Assembly: GCF_006345805.1 (NCBI RefSeq)
Contig: NC_043009.1
Coordinates: 12,028,001-12,092,000, forward strand
Length of the DNA stretch: 64,000 nucleotides
Direction: 5' to 3'
Origin: Octopus sinensis
Lineage: Eukaryota
A model generated the notes under the pieces. That model was not told where the DNA came from. It saw only the letters and a program-made list of their open reading frames with translations, and did not search any database. Position numbers and translations under genes: made by a program. Each line of letters opens with the position of its first letter. The stretch's first letter is position 1. This document shows, one piece after another, positions 1-12,938 of this stretch.

Positions 1-176
1 AATCTACTTTCTGCCAAAGGAGTACCAGCCTCGTGCCGATACTGCTTTCTCTACTCCTCGAGATGCCGCATCCTTGTTGTTGGATCAAAGACGGTGGGAG
101 GCTGAGGGGCTGCCGATATATGCTCCCGACTGCTACCATCCACCAGGGTATACTCGCTTGCAAGTGACGGCTATAC

Positions 177-229
<53 letters not shown>

Positions 230-1183
230 GACGCTTGTGACATATATGATATGCAGAGAGAAGAGATGACCATCGCTAGAATATGTTTGACCACAGGTCT
301 GCTCACTGAATGCAGAAAGGGGCTAAACATTAACATTTATGGGGCAATGCAAACTGGAAAGCAATAATTACCCCCAATACGTTTGAAACCTAATTATCGG
401 TGTTGCTGCTTAGCTCCCATCTCATTCCAAATTACCATTAACTAAACAAATTAATAATGAGAGACATTCTAGCAATGACCATCCCGACGTATTTCGGATA
501 TGAAATATCTAGGATTACATTATCCACTAAGGGTTTTATTTTGTTTTATGTTAAGGTGTGATTTGAAGGAGATTTAGCTGCTATGTTTATTTATAGCAGG
601 GTGAACGACCAAACAGATGCCTCCCTGTTTGATAAACTGTTATCTATATAAAACAGCTCGGCTAACTGCTGTTATTGTAGGGGAAATGTTTGTTGTTATG
701 TAGGGTAATGTTTTGTTTAGAAGCTCAGTAAAATGCTTGTAGTGATTTTTAAATGCAAAAACAAGGACTTGACAATAAAATTCCTCACCGGTTGACTCAA
801 GATCGATGCAGAAAGAAAAATATGTTGATAAAAATTAAATTATATATTTTTTGAAGTAAATAAATACAATGAATCTGAATGCTACGAATTTTCAGATTTG
901 AAGAAGAATGGTAACGAGGAAACAGCATTTTTCATGGCTTTCTTATTGTTTCCAACTTTTCGGAAGGCCATTACAAATATCAGAAAGCAAAAGACTGCTA
1001 GCGTCTGTAATCTAAACAGAGTCACGAATTCCACTGGTCTCCATTCGCCTGCGATTCCTTTTCCGACTCTCTTAACCCTTTGCCTGTCATGTGTATTGCA
1101 TATGATACGCCAGACATATTTCACTGGTACCCATGCATCATATATCATACACATTCCCAATATATATTCAACAACCATCAGAA

Positions 1184-1414
1184 GGCGGCGAGCCGGTAGA
1201 ATCATTTGCACGCCGGGCGAAATGCTTAATGGTATTCCGTCCGTCTTTAAGTTCTGGGTTCAAATTCCGCCGAGGTCGACTTTCCTTTCATCCTTTCGGA
1301 CTCGATTAAATAAGTACCAGTTACGCACTGGAGTCGATATAATCGACTTAATCCGTTTGTCTGTCCTTGTTTGTCCTCTCTGTGTTTAGCCCCTTGTGGG
1401 TAGTAAAGAAATAG
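1184..1414 (+). mobile_element. tRNA-derived SINE family A (GGCGGCGAGCTGGCAG head; GTCGACTTTGCCTTTCATCC core), full copy
   Basis: tRNA-like head with GTTCAAATTCC B-box, shared central core, tail ending GGGTAGTAAAGAAATAG. Many copies in the window. Core resembles the Meta-type SINE domain from memory only. Confidence 0.85.
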
Positions 1415-2059
1415 GATGAAAGATAAAGCTGACACTTTGTCGGGATTTGAACTCAGTACGTAAGTTTCCTAGACTTAAACTTCATTCGGCGTGCAAACTA
1501 TTCAGTCACTCCAATCACGAAGCGACCGAATAAAAAAACTTAAATGTTGATGTTACAAAACATTATTATTATTATCATTACTATCGTTATTTATCAACAG
1601 CAACATAGTTTGCACTTCATCATCATCATCATCATCATTGTTCATTTCCGATCCGATCACCACCATCCACTCGGTCAACAAATTCATTGATAAAATGGAG
1701 AGAGAAATCAATACGAAATCGAAGGAGCAACGATGTGAGACTCTGTGTGTAAGAGTAAAAATATGAAGCAGAAAGTTATTATGAACATAAGTGAAGAGAA
1801 TAAAGAACGGAGGAGAAAAATTGGGAAAGAGAAGAAGAGGAACGACGAGGAAAAGACAAAGAGGACTGGGAAAATAAATAAAGAAAGAAAGAAAGAAAGA
1901 GACAGAAAGATGAAAATATTTAGATTTGTCAGAATTGGAAATCCGAAAGGGAAACAGACTAGCAAAGCTAAATGGGTGAGTTGGGTGGGGATTAGTAGAG
2001 ATAATAGTCTAAAGAGAAAGAAAGAAAGAATTAAGGAAAGAAAGAAAGAAAGAAAGAAC

Positions 2060-3930
2060 TAACTTGTTCGAATTTTGTCCCAAGACAAAGCCGGTTTATG
2101 AGGGGGGCGTTTCGGGTGGATGGGAATAAGCGTGCGGGCGTGTGGCGGTCGATTAGAGTAAGCTGTTTAACGAACGGACATGAAAGCCAACACAGGATAT
2201 ATATATATATTTGTATGTATGTATAAATGTAAATACATATATGTGTGTGTGTGTGTGTGTATGCATGCATGTGTGTGTGTGTGTATGCATGCATGTGTGT
2301 GTGTGTGTATGCATGCATGTGTGTGTGTGTGTGTGAATATAAACAAATGTATTTTATGCATACTTATGAAATAATGCACACGCGACTTACCTCCGAAGAC
2401 AATAACAACACAACCAGCGTCAAGCAGATAATCCGGTGCAGTTGATGTGACATTTGTGCGAAGAATAGTTTTAAATAAATTATCCAAATGTGCGTGTGTA
2501 AGTGTTTAATTTTACGTGTGTCCGTGTGTCCGCGTAGTGTAGTGTTTGGTCACTTTATGAATATATATATATATATATGTTGTCCGACTGAAGTTTTCTC
2601 GTATCTGTTGAATATTGTTATACCACGGCAGTCGTGATGTCTCGGTTGACGGTGTAGTAAGTAAATCTAATAGCGATTGGGGTTCATGGTCGTAAGAAGG
2701 TCTGTGTGTTTACTTTCCAAGACTGCGATCATCTGATGGCGATTATTAGTAGTAATAGAAGCGATGATGTTTTCTGGTAGTAACAGCGATATTGTTGTTA
2801 AAGAATTGTATTGTTTTAGTTGTTCTCATAGAGAGGTGTTCGCTTGCCAACAGTTTAATTACAAGCACCCGTTTGAAAAATAAAAAGTTAAAATTAAAAA
2901 ATCAATCGAACGATGAAAGATCAATAGCGAATAAATGAATGCATTCATAAAAGTTTGCCCAACAGAAATATATAATTGTTACTTTTGTAATAATTATATA
3001 CGTATTTCACTCTTAATGTACATAAATATTTACGGTTATATTTTATATTATAATTCCCGCTTTGCTCGTAACTTTCTGTTTTAAAACCGGGCTATTATCG
3101 GTCTTTCTGTCTCGTTCGTTTAGAGCGATATTTCTTCTTTCTTTCTTCGCTATTATCGCTTATTTAATTAGCATTTAATGAACAGCGTAACTTTCTCTCT
3201 TTGCTTTTATCAATTAAATCTCATCAGATGATCCGCAGTAGTTAAAAAACATATCCTCTCTGTATCCTTGTTAAGGTTTCTGACCAAAAAAAACAAAACA
3301 AACTTTTTAAGTCCCGGGATTTCGTGACGTGTGGCTGGCGTGTGTATACACGCATGAATCTGTGTATGTATATAGAGGTGTGTGTATGTTTATTCATGGG
3401 TGTATCTATATCTAATGTCAGGCCTACATAGTAAGGCGCGTGTAAAGTAAGTATTTCTTTTTTTTTATAATATTATTATTCCTTTTTGTTGTATAGTCAT
3501 TTTTTCCCTTTTCTTCTTTTTGCGTGTGTAAGCACGAGCAGGCCTGCAAGCCGCCGAACTGGGACAGTCTTATAGTATGTACGTACGCACTGATGTATGT
3601 ATACGTGTGTATAACTGCCTCTACACGCGCGCACGTGTGTATGAGTATATAAGCGAAGATAGGTACAATATAAGTAAGCCCTCGGTGCGCTTGTAGATGT
3701 GTGTGCGTACGCGTGTGTGCGCTTGTGTGTGTTTGTAAGCGAGCACGTGTCGGACTGGTTGTGTATCCGTTCGTGCATAACAGCTTGTATTTGTGTATGT
3801 GCGTATATGTTATTATATATATGTGTGTGTGTGTGTGTGAGAGAGAGAGAGCGTGTGCGGGCGCGCGTATTCTTTTGTGAACTAACCTGTAAGGCTACAG
3901 ATAAGATTAGGGGTAGGTTGAGTCGGTGAT
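2060..3930. promoter_or_regulatory. CpG-rich unique block; candidate 5' UTR/promoter of the minus-strand gene
   Basis: Visibly more CpG than the flanks (e.g. GCGTGCGGGCG near 2130, GCGGGCGCGCG near 3857), no recognisable transposon, directly upstream of the candidate exon. Function is inference. Confidence 0.35.
2391..2453 (-). CDS. Candidate first coding exon encoding a signal-peptide-like N-terminus (MSHQLHRIICLTLVVLLLSSE)
   Basis: ATG at 2453; 21 codons with basic n-region, hydrophobic core IICLTLVVLLL and polar end; followed immediately by a consensus donor GAG|GTAAGT (intron from 2390). Lies in unique CpG-rich sequence. No downstream exon identified. Confidence 0.5.
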
Positions 3931-4089
3931 TGATTAAAGGAAGTGTGAGGGGGTAAAAGGATGAGGCGTAGGGTAATGAAAAAAGAAAAATAAAAGAAAA
4001 TAAATAGAAAGAAAAAATATTTGCGTAGCGAATGTGGTAGTTGACTGGGGGGTGGGATAGCTGTGGTGTGGCAGGGGTAGTGACGGTCG

Positions 4090-4620
4090 TGGTGGCGGTG
4101 GCGGTAAAGGTGGTGTTGGTGTTGGTGTTGGTGGTGGTGGTGGTGGTGGTGGTGTTGGTGGTGTTGGTGTGGTGGTGGTGGTGGTGGTGTTGGTGTTGGT
4201 GGTGTTGGTGGTGGTGGTAGTAGTGTTGATAGTTGTGGTGGGGGTTGAAAAAGTGTGCTGAGAAATGGGAGGTGCGCTTAAAAACAAAACAAATTGCAAA
4301 AGAGAGAGAAATATGAAAAAATTAGGGAGAGAGAGAGAGAATGCATGAGAGAGTGAGAGGGAGAGAGAGAATGCATGAGAGAGTGAGAGGGAGAGAGAGA
4401 ATGCATGAGAGAGTGAGAGGGAGAGAGAGAGAGAATGCATGAGAGAGTGAGAGAGAGAGAGAGAGAGAGAATGCATGAGAGAGTGAGAGGGAGAGAGAGA
4501 GAGAATGCATGAGAGAGTGAGAGGGAGAAAGAAAGAGAATGCATGAGAGAGTGAGAGGGAGAGAGAGAATGCATGAGAGAGTGAAAGGGAGAGAATGCAT
4601 GAGAGAGAGAGAGTAAGTGC
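4090..4620. repeat. (GGT)n tract followed by a ~28-34 bp GAGAGAATGCATGAGAGAGTGAGAGG minisatellite
   Basis: Direct reading; about 9 units between 4330 and 4610. Confidence 0.95.
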
Positions 4621-5121
4621 GAGAGTGGGAGTGAGTGAGAAGAAAAGCGGGTGGGAGAGAGACAAAGACAGAGACAGACAGACAGATGGACATACAGACG
4701 GATAGAAAAGAGAGCGAGAAAGTTTGGGAAATAATATAAGAAATAATAAAAAAAGGAGAAAAGAAAGAAAGAAAGAAAAGAAATGTAGTTAGAATGAGAG
4801 TAAGAGAGGGAGGAGCATGAGAGAAACAAAGCGACAAAGAAGGAGTAAGAGAGAGAGAGAGAGAAGAAAGAACGCGAGCGAGAGAGTAAGAGAGTGATAG
4901 AGGGGAGAGAGCGAGACAGAGAGAGAGAGAGAGAGAGATTATGTGATAAATAAGAAGTAGTGATAGGTACAGAAGGGTGCGGTGAGAGGTAAAGCGATTA
5001 GGAAAGGAGGAGAGAGGGGAAGGAAGAGGTGCTTAGAAACCAACACGCACGCAAGCACACATACACACGCACACACACATACACTCACACCTATACACTT
5101 ATATACATGCATGCATATATA

Positions 5122-5190
<69 letters not shown>

Positions 5191-5659
5191 ATACATACGT
5201 GCATGTATGTGTGTATGTATGTGTGTAGAAGGCAAAGTTAAGCGGTGAAAGAGAGAGGAGGGCAGTGGAAATTTAATATAAATGAAAATATATGGAGACA
5301 CGCTTACAGCACAGGTCTAAGAAAAACGGGCGGTGCTCCCGCCTGACTTGTATGACGGACATAGCGCGTGATTCCACACGTCACACACATAGTCATACGC
5401 ACACACTTGTATTATATATATATATAACCGTTTACACGTTTACACACGTGTATTGGCACGCTCGCATATATGCGTGCGCGTACACACACACACACACAGA
5501 CACAGACACATACACACACGCGTTTTCATATCTATTGTGTGTGTGTGTGTATCTGTGTGTGTGTGTGTGTGTGTGTGTAAACAAGGCCACGTTTTTTATA
5601 TGCTAAAAGTTTGTGCGTTTATGCTTGTGTGCAGATGCACATACGTCCGCGCACACATA

Positions 5660-5950
5660 GATACCTACATATATGCACACACACACACACACATACTCGC
5701 ACACACACACACGCACACAGACACACACATACACGCACACACACACGCACACACACACACATACTCGCACACACACATACTCGCACACACACGCACACAC
5801 ACACACACGCATACTCGCACACACACACACACACACACATACACGCACACACACACACATACTCGCACAAACACACACATACTCGCACACACACACACAC
5901 GCACACACACACACGCACATACTCGCACACACACACACATACGCTCGCAC
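5660..5950. repeat. (CA)n-derived minisatellite (ACACACACATACTCGC units)
   Basis: Direct reading; source of several spurious HT/VC ORFs. Confidence 0.95.
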
Positions 5951-6286
5951 TCACAACCATGCATGCACATGTCTTTGCTCAATTATGCAAACAGGTTTAT
6001 CTTTTTAATCACCCGAATGCATTTGGGTTTATAAATGCATGACGGCCATGACAGTGAGTGCTAAGACGGTGCTCTAGCATGGCCGCAGCATACCGACGGA
6101 AACTTGGTGGGAGGGGGGTACATGCGCGCGATAGAAGTTTACACTTCAAACAAAGAGAACCGGACAAAGACAGATATTTAATTAGAAATACGAGGACGCG
6201 GTTTCGATTCGAAAATACGTCTCTTGGCGCATAAGGGTTTATTTCTTCGGGCGGTAAACGAAATGAATGACATGTTAACATTGTCT

Positions 6287-6701
6287 GGATCTTTTTGGTT
6301 TGAATGGCAGTTTTTTTCTACGGTGTCATATGAAATTGTCACCCATAATTATGACCCTAGTATCGATCTATTGCATTTCAATCTGTTTTAGGGTTAGGGT
6401 TAGGGTGGGGGAAGGGTATCTTTTTTTTCTTCACAAATGTAAATAAACCCAATCTGTTTCTTAAACGAGGGACATATTCATACGGCACAGAATGTTTTCA
6501 CCTCAATAGACGTCAGTGATTGGCCGAAATTGCAGAAATTGAAGAAAAGCAACAACAAATATCTTACAAACTATAGAATTTTCTCAATAAAGCCAAGAGA
6601 AAAAGATGTTTTAAAACACATTCTACCAGTATACGAAGTTTAAAAGTGTTTAGTTACGTGGAAATTATTTTTAAAAACTGCCGGTCAAACCGAAAAGATC
6701 C
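6287..6701 (+). mobile_element. MITE with ~29 bp TIRs (GGATCTTTTCGGTTTGAACGGCAGTTTTT) and internal TTAGGG repeats, copy 1
   Basis: TIRs at both ends; near-identical copies at 38149-38561 and 40719-41154. Confidence 0.9.
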
Positions 6702-6769
6702 CAATCTCTTCGTTATATACACTTTGATCCTTTCTAGTATAAGCAGGATACCTGAAATTTTTAAGGGAG

Positions 6770-7342
6770 GGCTCTTGTCGATTACATCGAAGCCCATTGC
6801 TCAACTACTGCTTACGCATTCCACTGTACTCGGAAGGACGAAAAGCAAAGTCGACTTCGGCTGAATTTGAACCCGGAAGAAATACCGCTAACATTTTTGT
6901 CCGCCACGCCTGCTATTATGCTAGCTCACCGCTTTAATAATAATAATATTTTCTACTAAAAGCACCAGGCCTGGAATTTTCGGGGAGGGGACTAGTCGAT
7001 TACATCGACTCGTGTTTCACTAGCGCTTAATTTATCGACCCCAACAGGATGAAAGGCAAAGTCGACCTCGGTAGAATTCGAACCCAAAACGTAGGGACGG
7101 GCGAAATACCTATTTCTTTACTACCCACAAGGGACTAAACACAGAGGGGACAAACAAGGACAGACAGACGGATTAAGTCGATTATATCGACCCCAGTGCA
7201 TAACTGGTACTTATTTAATTGACCCCGAAAGGATGAAAGGCAAAGTCGACCTCGGTGGAATTTGAACTCAGAACGTAGCGGCAGATGAAATACTGGTAAG
7301 CATCTCGCCCGGCGTGCTAACGTTTCTGCCAGCTCGCCGCAT
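6770..7342 (-). mobile_element. Cluster of nested/tandem SINE family A copies
   Basis: Three GGCAAAGTCGAC cores; full head at ~7290-7342; tail-to-head junction at ~7100-7115. Confidence 0.85.
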
Positions 7343-7344
7343 TA

Positions 7345-7377
7345 ATAATAATAATAATAACAATAATAATAATAATA

Positions 7378-7416
<39 letters not shown>

Positions 7417-7447
7417 GATAGATAGATAGGTAGATAGATAGATAGAC

Positions 7448-7536
<89 letters not shown>

Positions 7537-7548
7537 GATAGATAGATA
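7345..7548. repeat. (AAT)n plus (TAGA)n microsatellites
   Basis: Direct reading. Confidence 0.98.
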
Positions 7549-7960
7549 ATAAGAATCCAGACATAGTCTTAATTGAGAAAGAAAGCAAACAGTGTTAGAT
7601 CATGGATATAACATGCCCAGCTGACAACGAGGTATGCGATAAGGAAGAAAGAAAAGTCGATAGATATGACAGGTTAGCTTGGGAGGTTAAGCAGTTGTGG
7701 TCGATGTAAAAGGTAGTAGTAGTACCAATAATTGTCGGAGTCCTGGGAACAGTGATTGAAAATCTTGAGAAGTACATGAACAAATAGGGGTGCAATAAGG
7801 GTGGAGCACTTGCAGAAAACAGCACTTCTTGGAACCGTTCGAATACTCTAGGTGTTCGAAAAATAAGAGGCGTTACCTTAGTTCACGGGTAGTGAGCAGC
7901 TGACACCGTAGTACATCTCCAGCGTTAGAAGCTGTGCAAAGGCAATGATAATAGTAATGA
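7549..7960 (+). mobile_element. 3' end of an R4/Dong-like non-LTR retrotransposon (restriction-like endonuclease), decayed
   Basis: Translates with stops to NPDIVLIEKESKQC*IMDITCPAD...EVKQLWSM*KVVVVPIIVGVLG...LQKTALLGTVRIL (PD..D..K RLE motif); ends in an AAT-type tail. Confidence 0.85.
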
Positions 7961-8920
7961 TAATCTTTTCTATTATAGGCACAAGGCCTGAAGAAGATAA
8001 TCGATTACATCGACAATAGTACTCAACTGGTGCTTAATTTATCGACCCCGAAAGGATGAAAGAAAAAGTCGGCCTCGGTAGAACTTGAACTTAAAGACGG
8101 ATGAAATGTCGCTAAGCAGCTTGTCCGACGCATCTGCGATTTGCTATCTTGTCGCACTAATAACAATAATAAGGGTAGCAATTTCTATTTTGGCACAAGA
8201 CCAGCAATTTCAAAGGAAGGGTAAGTCGATTACATCGACCCAGTGCTCAACTGGTACTTATCGACCCCGAAGGGATGAAAGGTGAACTCGACCTCGACGC
8301 AATTTGAACTTGGAACGTAATGACAGACAAAATGCCGCCAATCATTTTGTCCGGCATGCTAATGATTCTTCTTGCTTGCCGCCTTATATTCAATATAATA
8401 AACAAAAGATTTTGCTATTAAATTGTATCGGCGAGGCCAGAAGAGGTTCGGAATTCAAAATTCGACATCTAGATCCGATGGCTTTAATGTAGAGATACTA
8501 ATCCTTCATTTTTTTTGTCACATCGGCAAACGAGACCGATAGAATTAGTATCAGATTAAAATGTAAACAACTAAGATAACTAAGTATTGGGGTCGATTTG
8601 TTTAGCTTAAACCCTTCTAGGTGGCGCCCCAGCACGGCCACAAGTGAGAAAGAAACCAGTTTCGAATCGCAGTGGTTCATCCCATTTTTATTTACTCACA
8701 TATTTTCTTTCTTTTTTTTTCATCGTTTCACTGGTTTCACTCGTTGCATTGTGTCCATACTGGAGCACTGGCTTCACGAGTATAGTTGATTTCATCGATT
8801 CCAGGACTTATTTAAATGTCTCACGAAAAAGTGAAAGGCTGAGTGGATTTCGGCAAGACTTGAACTCAAAACGTAAGCCACAAGACATTTTCTCCGATGT
8901 TCTACCGATTCTGCCATCCA
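7960..8920 (-). mobile_element. Several degraded SINE fragments (families A and B)
   Basis: Repeated CGACCCCGAAAGGATGAAAG cores near 8045 and 8265; family B tail remnant at ~8560-8690. Confidence 0.7.
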
Positions 8921-9279
8921 TTTTGAAGTTTTAGAAGTAGTAGCGGTAATAGCAACATTAGCAGCTGTTGGTAATAGTAGGTGTTGCTTAGCCCTAGGTT
9001 AGCGTTGACCGAGCACACAGAAAGCGAAAGATGGCGTGATCTTGAGCGTCTATCAATTTTTTTTATGCAGAGAAACCGGAACCACATCAGCCAAAGTGCT
9101 TTTCTAAAACGGTGCGGTACGATTTGTGGCAGATTTGGCTGCTATTTCAAACCACTCGAGTGTCCATGTCCAAGCTTTTAATGTGAGGAAAAGGTAGAGC
9201 AGCGACAACGTTCCTTACAGGATATCCTCGTGGTGGTAGTGGGGGGGGGGGAGGTCGTAGAAGTTGGCGTTTGGTTAGT

Positions 9280-9646
9280 TACGACGACGAGGGTTCCGGT
9301 TGATCCGAATCAACGGAACAGCCTGCTCGTGAAATTAACATGTAAGTGGCTGAGCAATCCACAGACACGTGTACCCTTAACGTAGTTCTCGGGGATATTC
9401 AGCGTGACACAGAGAGTGACAAGGCCGGCTCTTTGAAATACAGATACAACAGAAACAGGAAGTAAGAGTGAGAGAAAGTTGTGGTGAAAGAGTACAGCAG
9501 GGATCACCACCATCCCCTGCCGGAGCCACGTGGAGCTTTAGGTGTTTTCGCTCAATAAACACTCACAATGCTCGGTCTGGGAATCGAAACCGCGATCCTA
9601 TGACCGCGAGTCCGCTGCCCTAACCACTGGGCCATTGCGCCTCCAC
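9280..9646 (-). mobile_element. tRNA-derived SINE family C (GTGGAGGCGCAATGGCCCAGTGG head), full copy with 11 bp target-site duplication
   Basis: A-box TGGCCCAGTGG and B-box-like GGTTTCGATTCC; TSD GTTTGGTTAGT at 9269-9279 and 9647-9657. Resembles octopus OR-type SINEs from memory. Confidence 0.9.
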
Positions 9647-10039
9647 GTTTGGTTAGTATCTCTTTAGCCCGACGACATCTGCAGAAAATAAGTTGAACGG
9701 AGAGTGAATTCTATATCGTTGTAGTTCTGAGGAGGTCTGATCTGAGAAAGTGTTTAATGGAGAATGGGGCTCAGTAGGTGGTAAGAAGTGGGGAAAATGA
9801 GTGTCAGATGGGTCTAATACGAGGCAATATACGCAAAATGCTAACTTAGGGGATGTAGAGAATGTTGGTGCAGGAATTAATCGCATTTTTCACTGTAAAC
9901 TCTGAGGTTTATTTTAAAATTTACTTAAAATTTACCATATTCATGTAATATCCATTTTAAGAGGCAGATTTTCGTCCACTGATTTATGCTAAAGGTTTAG
10001 TTCACCGTGTTTATACGTTTTTATTTAGGCTGATAAATT

Positions 10040-10960
10040 AATAATTGAAATTCGAGAGATTTTATTCATAGTAGAATGCGAAGCAGTGGAAACTGATCGC
10101 AGAATCAGTCAAGTATTTGACCAGAAGACTGTCAATAAATGTGCAACTCAACGTTGGTTCAAAAAAATTATAGTCAAGACGAAAGTTTTGTAGATGTGGA
10201 AAGTCACAGATGACTTCCTTTAATTGAAAGCAACTAAGTCACAGAGAAATTATTTGTTGATAATTCGATTTTATTATTGTCCATACAGACGAACATAGAG
10301 GGGACAGCACAATATGATCTGGGGGTAATATACATCGAATGAGTTGGTTAAAAATTTATTATAACATGATAACATCGAATGGGGCACAAAAGACATTAAC
10401 AAATAATGAGGACAACATGAGGTTAAAAGAAAATAGATTTGTTCTGACCCCACGAGCCCTGCCCTTTTAACCGACACCTTGCATTTCGGTTATGATTATT
10501 TGTTTGTTGATAATTCAACAGTTGCTTGGCATTTGCATCACATTGGAAAATCAAGAAAATTCTACAAATGGATGCCGCACGTGCCAAACGGAAAAATAAA
10601 GAAAAAGAAAAAAAAAACTTATGACGTTTGCTTAGTGTTTTGTATAATAAAAGCCAGCCAGTTCTTGATCGCATTGCAACACGTGACGTCTGTGTTGTGG
10701 GTGAACGAAAGAGAGGCACCAACGAACTTTCCAAACTGAAGCTGCACCAAAAGCTTATGGTCAGTGTTTGGTGGTCGAAAAGTGGAGTTGTACGTCACAG
10801 TAACTTGAATTATGTTGAAACCGTCACAGATGAGAAGTTTAGCATCAAATCAACATAATGCACCAAGAGTTTCTATATTTGCGTCCAATATTCGTCAGTC
10901 GAAAAGAACTAATTCTCTTGTCTCTGATTACTCCCGACCTGCTCATGTCTGAGGCATTAA
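10040..10960 (+). mobile_element. Decayed mariner transposase remnant, interrupted
   Basis: Frameshifted pieces QKTVNKCATQRWFKK (HTH) and WVNEREAPTNFPKLKLHQKLMVSVWWSKSGVV, with ~350 bp of unrelated sequence between them. Confidence 0.75.
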
Positions 10961-11079
10961 CCCCGACTAAATACCACTTTTCAAACACCTTGATAACTTC
11001 CTCTCTCTTCTCCCCCCTTTGTTGCCTTCGTCCCTCTTTCTCTCTCTCTTTGTTTCCTTTGCCCCCTTTCTTTTCTCTT

Positions 11080-11540
11080 TCTTCTGTCACGTGACCGCTG
11101 GTCAAAATCAGCCTTTTGGCTTTCGACCACTGCCGTGAAAACATATGTTGTCTTCGTCTGCCGATAAAGGCATTTTTTCAAAATACGCCAGCTAAACTTG
11201 TACTGTTTATTAGTCGTAAGACACCCGCTGTTTTTGTCCTGTTTTTACCATTATTGTTTTTTGTAATTTATATTCGTGTGGCAGCGTTCGTTTTTCTGTC
11301 CCTGTTTCGTATACATTCGATCCTTCTTCCAAGAAATCTAATGCTCGTAGATTAGCTTTTCCTTGGGGCTGGCCGGATCGGAGCGATCTCAAGATTAATC
11401 AGCCGAAATTGCTACGATGATCCGGTTCTTGACTGAAGATTGAAGGCTTCGAATGTCCCGTCCGTGTTTTTTGTATCGTCTTCTTAATGTTTTACGTTCT
11501 TGTCCCAGTTTGTATTTTTCTACATAAAATAATATATATA
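11080..11540. mobile_element. Probable Penelope-like terminal-repeat fragment ending at (TA)n
   Basis: T-rich tail abutting (TA)n and a hammerhead-like motif at 11374-11464. Family assignment is inference. Confidence 0.4.
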
Positions 11541-11554
11541 TATATATATACATA

Positions 11555-12862
11555 CAGGGTATCCATAAAGTCTCTTAACAATTTAAAAAAATTATTACAA
11601 AGGCAGTTGATGAAATATTTTAACCAGATTTAGTTTTATTTTAATAATTGTTTATTAAAGTTTTTATTGATATTACATTTTTGTGTTTCAGATACTTTGT
11701 TGATGGGAGGGAACTGATTCACCGAACCCCTATAAAATGGCTACTCCTCATGAAAAAGCACAATGTGTATCCTGGTTTATTGAGACAAAATCGGATGTTC
11801 AGACTCAACGAAATACAGAACTTAAGTATGGAAAAGATCCACCATCGCGTCCTTCAATTCGTGCATGGAACAAGAAATTTATGGAGACGGACAATGTTGG
11901 ATAAAGGAGGAGCAGGCGACCAAGAACATCTGATGAAAACATGGATCGTGTTTCAAAAGCCTTTGCTCGTTCTCCTACGAAGTCCATCCGCACTGCTGCC
12001 AGACAGTTGCAAGTACCACGTTCAACTGTGCACAAGGTCCCCCACAAGAACTTACGGTTGTACGCTTACAAAGTACAACTATTACAGGCACTTGAGCCAA
12101 ATGACAAACCAAAACGAAAAGAGATTGCACTCAATATGCTGGAACGCATTTCTGACGATGAAGCATTCCTCAAGCGAGTTTGTCTCAGTGACGAGGCGAC
12201 TTTTCATGTTTCAGGGAAATTAAACAGACACAATGTGAGAATCTGGGGATAAGAACACCCCCATGTGACTAGGGAGCTTCAACAGGATAGTCCAAAAGGG
12301 AATGTGTGGTGTGGAATCATGTGCAATCGAATAATTGGTCCTGTTTTCTTCAACGAGGCAGCAATTACTGCAGATGTTTACCTCGACCTTCTGACCGAAT
12401 ATTGTGGCACCACAACTGATTGATTTACAACCAACCATCAATTTCCAGCAAGATGGTGCACCACCACATTGGGGACGGCATGTTCGTCAGTTCCTCAGTC
12501 AAACATTTCCAGACCGATGAATTGGAAGGGATGGGCCAATTCCATGGCCACTGCGTTCGCCAGATATCACTCCCTTGGACTTCTTTTTATGGGGTTATGT
12601 AAAAGATATTGTGTATCAAACAAAGATACGGGACATTGCTGACTTGAAGCAAAGGATTCGTAATGCCATTTCCACCGTTGATGAGGCTATCCTACAGAGA
12701 ACATGGCAAGAAATCGAGTTGTGCCCATATTGTGGTGTATTAAATAACAGTTAAAAAACTTTTAAAACACTTATTACAATAAAATAAATCTGGTTAAGAT
12801 ATCTTGTCAACTGCCTCTGTAATAAAATTTTAAAATTGTAAAGAGACTTTATGGACACCCTG
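11555..12862 (+). mobile_element. Full-length Tc1/mariner element, DD41D (rosa/Visitor-type), non-functional
   Basis: ~90 bp imperfect TIRs CAGGGT(A/G)TCCATAAAGTCTCTT flanked by TA. Transposase from ATG 11737 (MATPHEKAQCVSWFIETKSDVQTQRN) with SDEATF, FQQDGAPPHW and WPLRSPDITPLDFFLWGYVK; 41 codons counted between second and third D; frameshifts and stops present. Confidence 0.95.
11737..12720 (+). pseudogene. DD41D transposase pseudogene
   Basis: Pieces in different frames, in-frame TAA near 12250 and TGA at 12518. Confidence 0.9.
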
Positions 12863-12878
12863 TATATATATATAAATA

Positions 12879-12938
<60 letters not shown>

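Noticed and set aside
882-1389. Overlapping ORFs 882-1211 and 898-1389
   Set aside because: No recognisable domain; the longer one runs into a SINE; no ATG-based evidence.
1635-1744. Possible second exon for the signal-peptide gene (acceptor near 1744)
   Set aside because: In-frame reading stops after ~35 unremarkable residues with no donor or polyA signal I can support.
3150-3240. CTGATGA on minus strand as a hammerhead
   Set aside because: No pairing stems and no valid NUH triplet.
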